Source: Lytechinus pictus
Lineage: Eukaryota
Length of the DNA: 64,000 nt
Direction: 5' to 3'
Assembly: GCF_037042905.1 (NCBI RefSeq)
Contig: NC_087251.1
Span: 18,540,001 to 18,604,000 of the forward strand
The position numbers and the translations under genes are program-made. This document shows, one piece after another, positions 40,901 to 54,528 of the stretch. The notes below the pieces were generated by a model. The model ran no database searches. It had not been told where the DNA came from and saw only the letters and a program-made list of their open reading frames with translations. Within the stretch, counting starts at the first letter, position 1, and each line of letters starts with the position of its first letter.

Positions 40901-43900
40901 ATTCTATTAAAGACCCTATCTTACAGGGGGGGGGGGGAGGGGTGTGGGCTGACCATGCAAAAAACTCCCAACCATTATGGTTATTTGTATTTTTTACACA
41001 CGGTTTTTTGAAAAAATATGGATGGTTGGGGTGGTAAGCTCCTCCCGGTTCCACAGCCCCTGTCTTACAAAGAGTTGCGATTGATCCAAACAATATTAGG
41101 TATAGGTATATAAGCCAAGACGAAAATATTGCTTCACAATAATTCATTTAGATGACAGGTGACCGTCCCTATGTAAGACTAACATTTCAGTTGAGATCAT
41201 CGTGATCTATATTTCAAACACCTTGATAATTGCCTAAGCTTGTTGAGACATCTTCATCAAAATTAAGAAGCTACGATCATAACCAAATTTTGATGGAAGA
41301 AGCAAGGTGAACAGTGACGTAAAGAGATGATCACTCAATACTCGAAATTATCCGGATGCTTATGTTTTTTTTTCAGCGTGATGTTCCCGCCATGTTTTGG
41401 AGAGTTATATCATGAGCATTCGGCCTTTCTTGATGCTTTAGAAACGAGACTGAGTGATTGGAAGTGGAAAGGCATTGTGGGGGATGTCTTAGCAAGGCTA
41501 TCGGGTGGTGATGAGGTATGTAACACTTTTAAGCTTCATTAAATGAAATATTTACTTGCACACTCTAAGAACGAAGTTGAATATTAAAAAATATCCATGT
41601 AGCAAAATATGTGGTTGCTGGGTAAATATTCTGTCAAAAGCATGTTCAACATTTCCATTTTCATCATATTATTTACCATTCATTTTGTTTATGTTTGATG
41701 CATTATTCTGGGGAAATGGAAAATACATTAATGAAGCGAAAAGTATTGCCTAAATGCAATGTATCTAGGATGTTTTTTTTTTCTATTTACAGTCAAATCT
41801 GCTTAAGATCTACACATTGTATGTGAAAATGTTTCGAGACGGTTTATCTATGTTGGCCAACCATCTTGGAACATCCCAAAACTTTTATCAGTTTATTGAG
41901 GTAAGTTGTGTACAGTCGATACCATACGGGTTGGAGTAGGCTATAATCATAAAAGAAATAAAGAGACAAACAAACATAAAAACAAAAGGAAGAAGGCTCA
42001 AAACAACAACCAAATGTTAACTTTCTCTGAATTTTCAAAGATACTTTATGAATCATTTCCATCATCTTGCACGTCTCAATGTATTTCAGAGGTTTTTTTA
42101 TCAAGTCAACAAAAAAAGGGGTTAAAAAACGATTTTGTGAATTTTAGTTTTGGTTTCATGAAATAAAGTGACCATCGAAGCAAGAAAACATAATTACATA
42201 AGACAATTTCCAGGAGGTGGTATTTAAATTGTCATCGCTTCACGGACGTCATTACAAAACAAAGTGTGTGTCTACGATAATTGGTTCGACATCGCTTTAG
42301 AGCACTTGCATTTTCATGTATCGATGATTCTTTACTCTTTTACTTGTGTAGTAAGAACCTTAAAAAAAGCCATCAAAACTGTAATACCCTTATATTTTAT
42401 CTACATCATTCAGTAGAGCCCAAAAAATAAAACCAAGAAAAAAAAAGATTAAGACTTTCCAGAAATTGAAAGATTTTTCTTCTCCCCCAAAGCAGCCTGA
42501 AACAAGAAATATCATCATTGAGAGGTATTTTCCTGTGACTAACACTATCAATTCATTGTCTAGTGTCAAGCGATATGATATCAGAACCTCGATAACATTT
42601 TGTGCTCTAGGAAACTAATTAAATCATCAGTCAGCCTTGATAACGTCATAATGGCGAGAAAAACTATGACACGTTCTCTACAAATACTAGGAAAAGGAGA
42701 ATGTAATAATGATATAAACTTTCCTTACATTTTTGTTTAACTCTTGTTTAACATTTTCTTTATAATGATTGTTTACAGAAACAACTTGACGAGAACGGGA
42801 AAGGGAAAATCGATCCCATCACCTATCTCATGGCCCCGCTACAGAGAATCTCCTACTATGTCCATTCTATGAAGGTAAGGCATTAGACCATTAAATGACG
42901 CTCTTTGTCAGTGACACGAAGACTGTTACTGAAATCACTGCATCCAATTAGCTGCAAGCAAAACTATCAATGAAAATCACAGTCAACATGTTTCATAACC
43001 GACTTCTTTGCTTTTGTGAAAAGGAAATGAGTTTATAATCATAATTGCGCAGAAGTAAGTCGCATTTTGCCTTTTGTTGAATCCTATATTTAATTTCTGA
43101 CATCTAGACCTAAAGGTCCCCTTCAGTTTTTCATAGTAATGAAACGTAAATGTGAATTTGTGATAAGCATACATTTGATTTAATTGAGAAAGGAAACGAA
43201 GAGAAGTAAAATTTAATGAGAGCATAAAGAATTGATGTTATGTGCTGAAAGTTTACTATGTTCACATCTTCTAAAGATCACATTAGCTAAGTGTTAAGTT
43301 AACTAAAGCTAAATTACCAGTTAAGTAGAGAGTACTCAATAATTGTAGCTGATATAGTTGATATCAATATGCCAGTGCCATCGATCCGGATAATAATAAT
43401 AGTGTCTTACCATCAATGGCTATATCCTTTAATTTCATTGTAAATCTATGTTAAATTAATGTACATTGTGAATAACTTTGAAATGATCTACATCGTTTTA
43501 ATTAAACGATTTAACAATTAATAATTTATTTTCGTATCACCAATTAAACTTAATCAGTAGAGCATTTGGTTATATCATTCCGCACTAATTCTATGGTAGG
43601 CCTATTATATTATTCATCAATAAAAATCTTTACTTTATTATTATTATTGCAGCGGCTCCTGAAGTACACGGCAAAGAACCATCCCGATCATTTCCATGTT
43701 GAGTCGTGTCTGAAGCAGTTGAACGGCTTTGTAAATGAGATCAATCGATTGACTTCCCAAAATTTACCATCACCCACGACTAGAGAACCACAGCGAGAGA
43801 GGTGAGTAAAAAGGAGATCACACTCAAAGATTGACTGTGACAGAATATTCATAGAAAATCAAAATATTCCTTGTTTATTTAAACCGAGTCATTCAGAAAG

Positions 43901-46104
43901 CAATAAGCTATATTGCTTGCTCACATTAACTGAAATGGAATTATGAGCGCGAAAGATGATTTACCAATGGCAAAATTCATGAAGAAGTGATCCTCTGACC
44001 GTTCTAACATGTGAAGATACATTTAAGACGATAATGATCATACTTCGGTTTGAAACTATCAGACTTTATATTCATCTCTTCCACTGCATGGTGAATGCAA
44101 CAACTATACTGATCATTACTTATTTTATTCTTCCAGGAGAAACAGCAAAGCATCCTTTTCGAGTATGAGCAGCATGGAGACCAATCTTCGTGACAGTGGT
44201 GTCCATTCGATGGAAGGCGAAAAAGGTATGGCGAACATCTCACCCACTGAGATCAAAGATATATGGGCCACTCGGCAATCATCGTCTAAGATGAGACCGA
44301 AAGGAAGGAGGAAATCAGTGACTAGCGAGGCAATAAACCTTGCAGAACACAATGACCGAGGTGGTCCTGTGACTATGAGCTTTCCTCCAAGTCATGCTAA
44401 TCGTGAATCATCTTCGTACAATGGTGTACATTTGAGCGGGAATGCGCATTTGGTGACGCAGTATCCCGAGAACTCTGTCGTCCCGGTGCCGGGAATGCTC
44501 GGGAAAGGAATAAATGCTTCAAATTTTCAAGGCCACGACAATCGTCAACCTGGTGATGTGATTGACACGACGCGAAAACGACGGAAAGACCGGGCAAGAA
44601 GAATGAGTCTTTCTCGGATGCAATCGTTTGGGGTTTACGGAGAGGAGGAAGATACTGACTTAGAGCATATGGGTTATGTCCCTTCGACTCCGGCCAATGC
44701 AATGCCAAGGACATTAAAACAGAATGGAAATTCAAGGATGAGGCAGCACAGAAAGAGCATAGATGGTATGGTTGTTGGCCTTGGACACCATCGTATCAGT
44801 GACTCCTTATTGGCTGCACATCATGCGCTTCTTGAAGGACACTCAAACTTGAAACGAATGCAATATAGAAGTAGTGATAATGTTCCATCTGTAGCGATGG
44901 AAAGTGATCCACATTTCATCAGTTTGGCGGATTTGAGGAGACATCAGTTTTCTGAGAGAATGGACGAACCAAGGCCCTTGCCACAGCATTTACGAACAGG
45001 AACTCAGAACCGACTGTACGCTCGGCGGAAAAGTATTGACGTCGGCGCGCTACAAGCGCACATCATCAGGGAAGAGCAACTCTCGGAACTGCAACGACCG
45101 CGATCAAGGAAAACTTCACACAGTCCGCGATCACACTCCCCCAAAGCACCTTCGCCAACAAGAAGAACTGCTGTTCCAAGTAGATCACATCATAGAGGGG
45201 AGACGCAAGAGAAGAACCCGAATGGTCTCTCCGAGAGAGAGGCAGATGCAATTACGCAACAGGTGTTTGTGAGGACATGTAACGTTCCAGAGGAGGATTC
45301 CAAAGATCCGAGACAGAAGAAACAGGGCCACTTCAAACTGAAAAACATCTTCAAAAGAAGGTATATTTCTAGAACTCTCTCGTTCTTATTGAAACAGGCT
45401 GGTGTGCAAACCAAATAAATCCGAACAAAAAATATATCATTCATGAAAAAGATGAAAATCAAAAGCATAATAAACCAAAGTAATAAATATTTATGTTAAA
45501 GCCTATCATTTTTAGTAAACCTCCCTCGAAGTATTAGTCTTTGTTTTTCTTAAAAGTTTAAACCGTTTTGGTGTGGATGAATATAAACCAGAAAGAAAAT
45601 AACTGCATATTTTTTCTTCGGGATATAATACCATTTTCCAAACATGTTAGAATGAACTATACATTTGAGGACATTATCTTTGATTGCAGCTCTCCGATAG
45701 GCCATTGCTCAATGGAATTGTTTCGTCTACGGATATCATGTTGAAAGGAATGAAATTGCAAATTATTATTGTTCATATCATCATTCAATATACAAATGGA
45801 AATGAATTTCTTGAGACAAGTGTATGACTTGTTATCTTCAAATTGAACTATAGGTTAACTAATAGTTTGATTTCTCTCTTTACTCGATTATCACAGGGGA
45901 CCAGGAAGCCGTGTGATGGAACTCACCGACAACAACAACAAACCCTCATCTAATAACAACTACCTCAATCCAGAGCCAGAAGAGAGAAGAAGAACTCCTA
46001 GTCCTAGACCTTCCAACAGGACCAAGAATACACCTCAGTATTCTAAACCTATTGACTTGGAATCTTATGTTGACGAAGATGGCGAACCTTGCAGCGCCGT
46101 CTGA
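28945..46104 (+). CDS. ARHGEF33: Rho guanine nucleotide exchange factor 33-like (coiled coil + DH domain, no PH), ~996 aa, 15 coding exons
   Basis: Phase-consistent GT-AG exons: 28945-29101, 30329-30400, 30896-30939, 37345-37509, 38284-38426, 38728-38876, 39794-39942, 40249-40306, 40622-40751, 41377-41515, 41793-41900, 42779-42874, 43653-43801, 44137-45360, 45897-46104 (sum 2991 nt, open). QIIELHCLVQEMKEGFVLAMQELSRIQNG resembles the ARHGEF33 N-terminus as I recall it. DH motifs: KRRRVVDSLVSSERIYVSNL, WKWKGIVGD, LMAPLQRISYY, LLKYTAKNHPD. Confidence 0.9.
29477..30055. mobile_element. Kolobok-like non-autonomous DNA transposon, TTAA TSD (intronic)
   Basis: TTAA|AGGACAAGTCCACCCC...GGACTTGACCT|TTAA. 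Same family as 19935-20518. Confidence 0.82.
30430..30750. repeat. Purine-rich (GGA/GAA) low-complexity tract
   Basis: Direct reading; intronic. Confidence 0.8.
35191..35477. mobile_element. CAG-terminated MITE with 5-bp TSD
   Basis: Termini CAGGGGCGGATCCAG...CTAGATCCGCTTCTG, with AATAT on both sides. Confidence 0.75.
40924..41062. mobile_element. CAG-terminated MITE with 5-bp TSD
   Basis: CAGGGG...CCCCTG with TCTTA on both sides. The interior resembles the reverse complement of 54125-54264. Confidence 0.7.
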
Positions 46105-47499
46105 TGAAACACAGAAAAAATATATCAGATTCATATGAAAAATAGAAGGAGGTCGTAATTATTAACATGAAATAAATAATATATTTGTGTGATGCAGAAA
46201 TAGAGTGATGTTTTGTTTATGTCACTTTTACAGTCATACTCGTGGAAAATACAGATATAAGGTATAGCAACTTGTACGAACGAATGGAAGTACAAGCAAT
46301 ACACATTTTTCCATGTAGCCGAAGATTTTGGCTGGCCAAGATCTACCCAGCGCAATTCACGTCAACTACGTTTAGAGCTGCCAAAGCTTTTTACATTTTG
46401 CCACATAAAATATAAGTTGGTCCTGGTTACATGAACGTTTTGGCGAGTCAAACTGTGGAAGGATTTAATTATAGCTTCAATCCCTTCTTTGCCTTGTTAA
46501 CATTTAAAACAAAACCACGATGCTTTGATATCTGAATTTTAACCAGTCAAATCTGTTGCCGGGAAAAACGATTTGATTGTCCAAAAGGCCTTCAATGGGG
46601 AAAGTGGTATAGATAAAACTCAAGATGTGGCAGAAGGTAAATAACGGATAAGCCGAATATGTTTACTTTATGAAATCAATATAACAGCAAACCCATCCAA
46701 ATGTTTCATGCTGTGCCCCTACACGAGCCACCTCATTCTGAAAATGCACATTGATATACTAAAATAAATATACATTTTTTTATATTTCCTGCTCTCTTCA
46801 ATCAAAATCTTTCCCAAATTTGGTTAACATACTCCAACTCCTCACCCTACACACATACGTTCTCTTGTTGATAACGACGGCAGTCGGCAAATAATGTCTA
46901 GTATTTCGTCTTGCACAGAGCTCCAAAACTTCACAATTAATTCTGAGAATGTTATGGTGTGCAAAGTTATAAACATACAAAATAAATGTATTATTTTGGG
47001 TTAATGTGAGTGAGGGGTAAGGGTAAGCTTTATGAATAGTCACCTATATATTGCTGAAAGAAATGAAATATTTTGAATAGCCAAGGAAAATGCAGAGTAA
47101 TTCGTATTGAAGAATTTATATAAATATTATGTGGCTTGTTAGAGAATAGTACAACCCAATTTTTGAATATTTGATTGTACATGAGATACAATTCCAGACT
47201 ACTTGAAGAATAGAGCCCCAAACTTCTCATACCACATTACCTTCACTTTGTTTCTGTTCTCATTATTTTCCTTGAAACACAATGAAAAGAGATTGTATCG
47301 TAGGGACTAGGGAGTATTTAGTAAAGTGAGAATGATATACAAGTACCCCTATGAAGATTAAAAACTCACACACACACACTCACAAAAAAAATCTTGCTTT
47401 TATATTTACCCCTTTAATTTGCTTAACCAAGATTTTACAATGAAAAGTTTGGTATGAATAAGTAAAATCAATATTCCATTTCAATATTTGAAGGTATAT

Positions 47500-47979
47500 C
47501 TCGGGGCCACTTACATTGACGAGTGGATACCATGCGCGACCAAAAAAAACACGTAAAAAGGATGTCTTTTTTAAGATAGGACACGTTACGTACGTAACGT
47601 GATAAGGGTGTCAAAAACACAATAATATTGAAAAAAGGATATCTATTTCGCTAGGAAAGTTACGTGTTTAGGGTCAAATTTGCGGGGATGATAAAACAAA
47701 ATTAAAATGTTTTATACAGGATGTCCTTTTTGCCCCAACACTACGTGTTTAGAGTCCAATTTGCACGAGATGTGGAAACTGGGGTCGTACTAAACCAAAT
47801 GATGTGTAAAGGTAAAACCAACAACCGAAGGACCCGTGACATAACAATAACATATTCCTATACTTGTTAAGGGGTGCATTTTCAGAATATGGAAAATACG
47901 TGTCTTGGTTTTTTTTTAGACCCCATGATCGCGCATGGTATCCACTCGTCAATGAAAGTGCCCCCCCCCCCCCCCCGGG
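47500..47979. mobile_element. TIR MITE with CCCGGG-type ends
   Basis: TIRs CACTTACATTGACGAGTGGATACCATGCGCGA / TCGCGCATGGTATCCACTCGTCAATGAAAGTG. Flanks AGGTATAT / AGGGATAT (7/8 match). Confidence 0.78.
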
Positions 47980-48534
47980 AGGGATATACATCATTCATCA
48001 TGAATGAACATCGCAATAAAAAACATTTCTCTGCTGTTTTCACTTATCAAGTTAAAAAAAACTATTTTCATATTAATCTTTTGTTTATTTTTTTAATTCT
48101 ATAACTTTGTGTAATGACAATTGCCATCAAATTCAAACACCTAAAAATATGGGAAAATATCTTCTAGAATTATGTGTCTGCCCTCAATGTGAGTAGGTTA
48201 TTTATCATCTCACAAATGTTTGCTGTATTTCTCACACATATTGCATGGAAATATGTATAAAGTATAGTAATATTGTTAAGAAAATAAATGAATATTTTAT
48301 AAATTCACAAACATCATAGTCATGTTCCATTAGTTAATGAAGGAAGATGATGTTTATGGTGATCCATATGTATTATAATAATGATGGTATAATGGTCATT
48401 TCATTGAGGGTGGTGGGCAAAAATATGTGATGATGAGGGGATGATGATAATGATGGTTATTGTTATGAAATCAGCGATGATCAAAATGAAAATGATTTAT
48501 GGTAAATAGTATGTTTCCAATGACAACGACGCAT

Positions 48535-49040
48535 ATGATGATGATGACAAGAAAATATAATAATGATGAAGATAATAAGGTGGTTAAAATGGAAACTAAG
48601 AGAGTGATGATATGATTATGAAGATGAATAGGATGAGGATGGTGGTAATGATGATTATGATGATGATGTGGATGGTGATGATAATAATGGTGATAGGGAT
48701 AATGATGGTGATAAGGGTGATGATGATGATGGTGATGATGATAATGACAATGATGATGGTAATGATGATGATGATAAGAAAATAAAGATAATGATGAAGA
48801 TAATAAGGTGGTTAAAATGGAAATTAAGATAGTGATGATATGATTATGAAGATGAATAGGATGAGGATGGTGGCAATGATGATTATGATGATGTGGATGG
48901 TGATGATAATAATGGTGATAGTGATAATGATGGTGATAAGGGTGATGATGATGATGTTGATCCTGGTGGAGATGACAATGATGATGGTGCCATTGATGGT
49001 GATGATGTTGATGGTTACAATGATGATGGTGATAATGATG
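48535..49040. repeat. (GAT/GGT)n low-complexity block, duplicated as a ~225-bp tandem unit
   Basis: GATAATAAGGTGGTTAAAATGGAAA occurs at ~48571 and ~48799, each followed by matching sequence. Confidence 0.85.
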
Positions 49041-49149
49041 GAAATTATAAATTTTGGCAGTAATAATACAGGTGGAAGGTAATGATAATGAAAGGATATC
49101 AGCTTACCCTTACTAAAAGTTTTAAAAATAGAATAAAAATTAACAAAAA

Positions 49150-49452
49150 TATTCAAGGTTTGAGGAAAATCCATTAAAGATTAAGTTATTAGAATTTTAA
49201 GTTTTTGATTTGTGCCATCACATACGAGCAGCTGCCGGATGTAACTTAAAATGCATAAATTTCAATTTTTTAATGGTTCGCGATGACTAAAAATTTTCTT
49301 CTTTCAGAAGTTGCTCACATATGACGTCACAAATCAAAAATATTTAAATTCTAATAATTTGTAAGTCTTTGATGGATTTTCCTCAAATTTTCACCAATAT
49401 TTGTTCTGCTATTTTTACAATTAACTTTTTTTTCAGGGTGAACTTCCCCTTT
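49150..49452. mobile_element. Degenerate Kolobok-like MITE remnant
   Basis: Internal inverted repeats (TTGAGGAAAATCCATTAAAGA / TCTTTGATGGATTTTCCTCAA). Ends CAGGGTGAACTTCCCCTTTA. Confidence 0.5.
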
Positions 49453-52400
49453 ATGTGGTCTGAATACGCCAACTACAATGGCTTGTGAACAGAAAGCCCT
49501 CTCACTCAGGAACATGAGCTAGTCTTGTGTGAAGACCCACTTGTTGATCAAAGTTACAATCAGGGTCTGTGCCTTGGAGACAAGACAATAATAATGACAG
49601 CAATGATGACGCTGTTGTTGATAATGGTACGTTACTGATGGATAATGAGGTTGATGAAAATGAAAAATTATCACAACAAAAACAAATAACAAACAAGAAA
49701 TTATAAATGTACAGTAAATGAATGAATGTGTTAATGAAGATAAATAGGGATTGTTTCACCACTGAGAAAGTAAACATAAAAAAATGTGCTAATTATTACA
49801 TGAAAAATATCCATCTCATAACAACATTTATCTCACTCACAATTATGGGCATAATATCACAATATCAGATGCTAATACATGTATCCTTGAGCACACAGGA
49901 TGCAACATTTCTCTATTCATCTTAAAGCCCTCATTTTAAAATGCATACTATGAAATAAACATACAATACTATTGTTTAAATTGAATATATATCAGACTTT
50001 CTTTATTATAATACTGAGTAGGCAAATATTAACATTGATGAAAATTCTTCACTCATAATTAGAGCAAATATTGCTGCAGGAAATAAAAAAATGTCTGAAT
50101 GAATGATACACATGATAAACAGACAGTTACAATTTAAATGCAAAACACAATTTTTCACTAAATTCAGCAACAACAAAAAACCCACAACAGAATAATGCTC
50201 CTTAGTCATTCATGATTCTTCAAATGTTTCTTGTTCTCAATGTCTCCGTTATAGCTTTGTTGTCATAACATAGTAGGATGAATGTTACCCTATTTTCAAC
50301 ATAAATAACGATTACTATCTTACCATGAGCTCAAATAACTCAATCTCACAAAATGTAATGAAAAGTATTCTTACATTCATTTGACATAATTAATGATATT
50401 CATTTATTCTGCATCTATTTACAATTCCATACATTTGTTAACAATGAAAATAATTTCAAGATATAAATAGTAGAAAAGGCCATCAGAAGTATAAAATATT
50501 GAAATACATCTACTCTAGCACACCAATAAAGATATTGCATTGTGCACTGTTGCTTAAAACAATCCACAAATTGATGGGCCTATCTACTAATGATGTCATT
50601 GAAAAAGATTGAATTTAAGAAAAAAATATTTACTGGCATTTTATAACCAACAAACCTTTTTTTACATGTAAAAATGTAGAACATGATATGCCACTTTTCC
50701 AATAATGCTCAAATGTTCATGAGATTTGTATAGAGCTAAGATAAAACTTTGATGAGGATTAATATCATTTGTGATAAAAATGAATTATTGACAATCAATT
50801 ATGAGTTTTAAAATGCATTCATGTACTAGTAATACCCATATCGCAAGAAAACAATCATTATGGTAACAATGGCTGGCAAGTTGATATCAAATACCAGAAA
50901 TGTTACATAAGCTGGACTTTGTATATACATATCATGACAATTTGTTCTTTGTAACAACATATTTCACATCATAAGAGGAATGTACCAACCATACAGAAAT
51001 TTAAAAAATAGAAATGAGTAAAAAATAAAACACAAACAATCTTTACACCAATAAATCATATCAGTTGCATGTTTATGGAATGTATTGCATATTATGGTGG
51101 TTTGTTTTCAATTTCTCTCAAATCCATCACTTATACTTCTTTATTGTGGATAAGGCAATTTCTTCATATATTACACACAAAAAAAAAAAAAAAAAAAAAA
51201 AAAAAAGATTGTATATCTGAATGATAATGCTTTCACATAGATACTGGGCTTTGCATTGACACAGTATATTTGCAAATAAATTGTTAACCTTTGCATTAAA
51301 TTCACTTATAATGAGGAGGTGTGATACTAGTAGTCAGTAGAGTGGGGGTTTCACAAGAACATTTCAACAGGGAAATAATCAAATTATATTCCACAAACTT
51401 TTTTTCTCTTCAAACATGACCTATACACTTTATTGTGCAGAAACTGCTAAGTAGTACACAGGGCTGTAAGTGATCACAAATGAAGAGCTGAAAAAAACTT
51501 GAAATTTCATGAGATCCTTTACTTTTGTAACTTAGATGAAATAAAAAAACACTGAAAATCAAACATGCATAAAGAAATGAAATCAGCATGAAAGATGTAC
51601 TCAAATGGTCTGGGGATCATTATAAAAATTTATAACAGGAAATAAAATTATCTTACTTATGAGTAAGACTGTATCAAACATGGCAAGGTTACAATGGCTA
51701 TAAATGGCAAGCTAGTTTTAACCCTTTACATGTGAAAGTAGCACTTTTGTATTACTGTATATCATTATAATAGTTTTCTGTTACCCTAGTACTGCCAAAT
51801 CTGACAAATGGATGATTACCAGTATCAGAATGGCAAGAAAGGATGCAGGATTCAAAGAAAAAATCAAATAAACAATTGTCATTATTAGCCCCTCAGATTG
51901 AATTCAGCTAAACCTTGGTAATACTATGAAAGGCACAAACACGAGTTAAGGCCTGTAAACTTATCCCTCTTCTCATGGAATACTAGTACCCTGATAAAGA
52001 AGCAGCAAAATTGTTTTTTCTAATGTATTTTAGTTAAAATTACCCCGGCCCTTACTTGCGGGCCGAATTACCCAATTTAAACTCAGTAGGATTAAATCAA
52101 TGAGGCAAGAAAGAATACAGAGAAGTGAGCTTGGGTCAGTATCCTGGTCCATTTGACACTGACCACTACAGAATCTTAGGATTAGCCCAATCTGTTAAGT
52201 GCCTAATAAAACCCCAGAGAATCTAGACTAATACATCACTTATCATATCCTCAAGATTTCAGTAGTATAGGTGATGCACTGGATATAACTGCGTGTATTA
52301 TTGGTACAGGTGCCAAGCTGGCCAAGGCAGACCTCAAGTCAGCCTTTAGAGTACTTCCAATAGCCCCACAAGATTTTGAATAACTGGGAATCAAGTTGGA

Positions 52401-53588
52401 CAAGAAAACTTACGTAGAAAAATGTTTACTAATGGGAATCAAGGGTGCCCTTGCATACACTGATTTTTTTTTTTAATTTCACTGAGTATTGCATACGGAA
52501 ACAGACAAATTCAGACATGATGTTGCATTGCATTGATGATTTCCTTGCGATGGGTTCTGCCTCCAGGCTAACTTGGTTTGTAGGGCTGTAAAGCCAGGTA
52601 GGGCATTCTTGAGAAGAGTTATAAATCTAACTAAAGGGCACACAGGGGCCAATGAAAGGATCTTCATTTCGGAGGGAGCTAGGAAAGACTTAAGAATTTG
52701 GATGACATTCCTCAACTCTTATTAACGAGTCTCTGTAATTCATTCCCGGCAATGGGCTGCAGGTACGGATTTGGACTTGTTCACTGTTCCTAGTGGAGAT
52801 ATAGGTTACAGGGGCTACTTTCAAGGAAAATTGTTCAATGGCAGATGGCCTTACCATGTAAGGGGAGACTACTCCACTGCTTGGAAAGAATTGATGCCAA
52901 TACTAATGGCTATTATGGTATGGGTCCACAACTGAAAGGAAACAGAATATGGTTTCACACTGATAAATATGACTGTCAAAAGTATCATTAAGAAATTCAC
53001 ATTGCAACAAATTAATAAGCCTGGTTCGGATCTTGGTCTTGGAATGGTTGAAGAACGAAATTCTTATTTAAAGCAGTGTACATTTCTTCTAAGGATAACT
53101 CAATTGCCGACTCCTTTTCTCGAATGCAGATGAGGAGGTTCCGCCAACTGGCACCGGATGTGGAGGTCAACCGATCACCAACACCAGAATGGCTATGGCA
53201 GATAGATTTGTCTGCTGTTGCTTTTAGTTCAATTGGAGGGGACAAAAGTCTGTTATCAGGGAGTAGTTGATTCATTCCAGAATTTCCGTTTATAGAGAAG
53301 GTATTACCTGCTCTATAAACGAAAATTCCGGAATGAATTGACTGGTAATGGTCTTCATCACTCAGCTTTCTCTTAATTGGTTGGCCGTGTCAACAGTTGC
53401 ACAACGGATAGCCGCACTGTCGTATAGTACATAAAATGTATGAGTGGCAGGACCCGACCAAACACTTCCTAATTATTAAGAAAATGCAGGAAGGCTGTCG
53501 GCGAGCCTGGCTAAAACGAAGAGACAGTTGCCTCCCAATCACATTAGCCTTGCTAAATAAAATCCTCCCAACCGTCTATGATATATGT

Positions 53589-54528
53589 CAGGGGTTCTCA
53601 AACTTTTTCTTTGAAGGGTCAGATAAGACTCCGATTAAACCTGAAAGGGCCTGGGTGAAGTGGATACTTAGAAAAAAATGTGCGTGAAGCGCAATGACCC
53701 TTGTGGTCGGGGTCCTAGATGCTCTATTGTGCAATCTGGCCCTTATTTTGGGAGCATTTAATCCAACAAATTTATAACAGTTTCATATAAAACGCAGGCA
53801 AAATTAGACAAGATTTCAAAATACAGCGAGTCAATACTAATGATAACAAAATTGTAGTACTTTGTTAACAGGAATCTAGATTGTACCTATACATACCTGG
53901 TATTGGGGAGACAGATAATGTCTTGAAGTATCAATATTTTTTGTAGTCAAAGTAGAATGAATAATAGAGCATGTCTGTTGTAGACTCTAACAAGGATGTC
54001 AGTCTCCTATAGTCACTTTCAATATGGGAAAAGTGACAATCTGTCAGCAACAAGTTGCTTGAACCTTGGCACAGAAGGTGTAATTGCCAGACGAAGGCAC
54101 TGGTGCAAATGTTCACTGGTCAAGCAGGGGCCGCGGAAGCGGGGGCTTCAGCCCCCCCCCCACTTTTTTCCAAAACCATGTACAAAAACATAAAAATTAC
54201 CATATGATTGTGATTTTTTTGAATGGCCAGCCCTCCCCCTTTGAAAATCGTTCCGCGTCCCCTGTCAAGGTACTTCGGTATGAGTTAGTTCTTAATGCAC
54301 TTTTGCATCCAAACATGGTGAGAACAGTGCTGGCCATCTAATAAGAAAGTAGATCGAACAGACAGAAAAGACTCTACTAAACTTTGTTTAAAAGTCAAAT
54401 TAATTTGACTGCCATTACTTTTATTACAGTTAGGTCTTCATGGATACACAATGTAATGTTTCATATTGTGACTTAAAAGTGATTAAAAACACCGAGCAGA
54501 GTCTCGCGGGCCGGCTTGAGAACCCCTA
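53589..54528. mobile_element. hAT-type non-autonomous element inserted in the YR ORF, 8-bp TSD
   Basis: Termini CAGGGGTTCTCAA...TTGAGAACCCCTA. TSD ATATATGT at 53581-53588 and 54529-54536. Removing it rejoins TVYDIC-SSFSEACLFQDAFLLAF. Confidence 0.85.
54125..54264. mobile_element. CAG-terminated MITE with 5-bp TSD nested in the 53589-54528 element
   Basis: CAGGGGCCGCGGAA...TTCCGCGTCCCCTG, with TCAAG on both sides. Confidence 0.8.

Noticed and set aside
44165..45418. 417-aa ORF as a stand-alone gene
   Set aside because: It is internal exon 44137-45360 of the ARHGEF33-like gene, bounded by AG/GT and in phase.
49502..49600. Possible minus-strand exon (CAAG|GCACAG...GA|GTGAG)
   Set aside because: Isolated, with no recognisable product and no linked exons.
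51179..51206. Poly(A) tail of a retrocopy or SINE
   Set aside because: No TSD or recognisable body; treated as a simple A-run.
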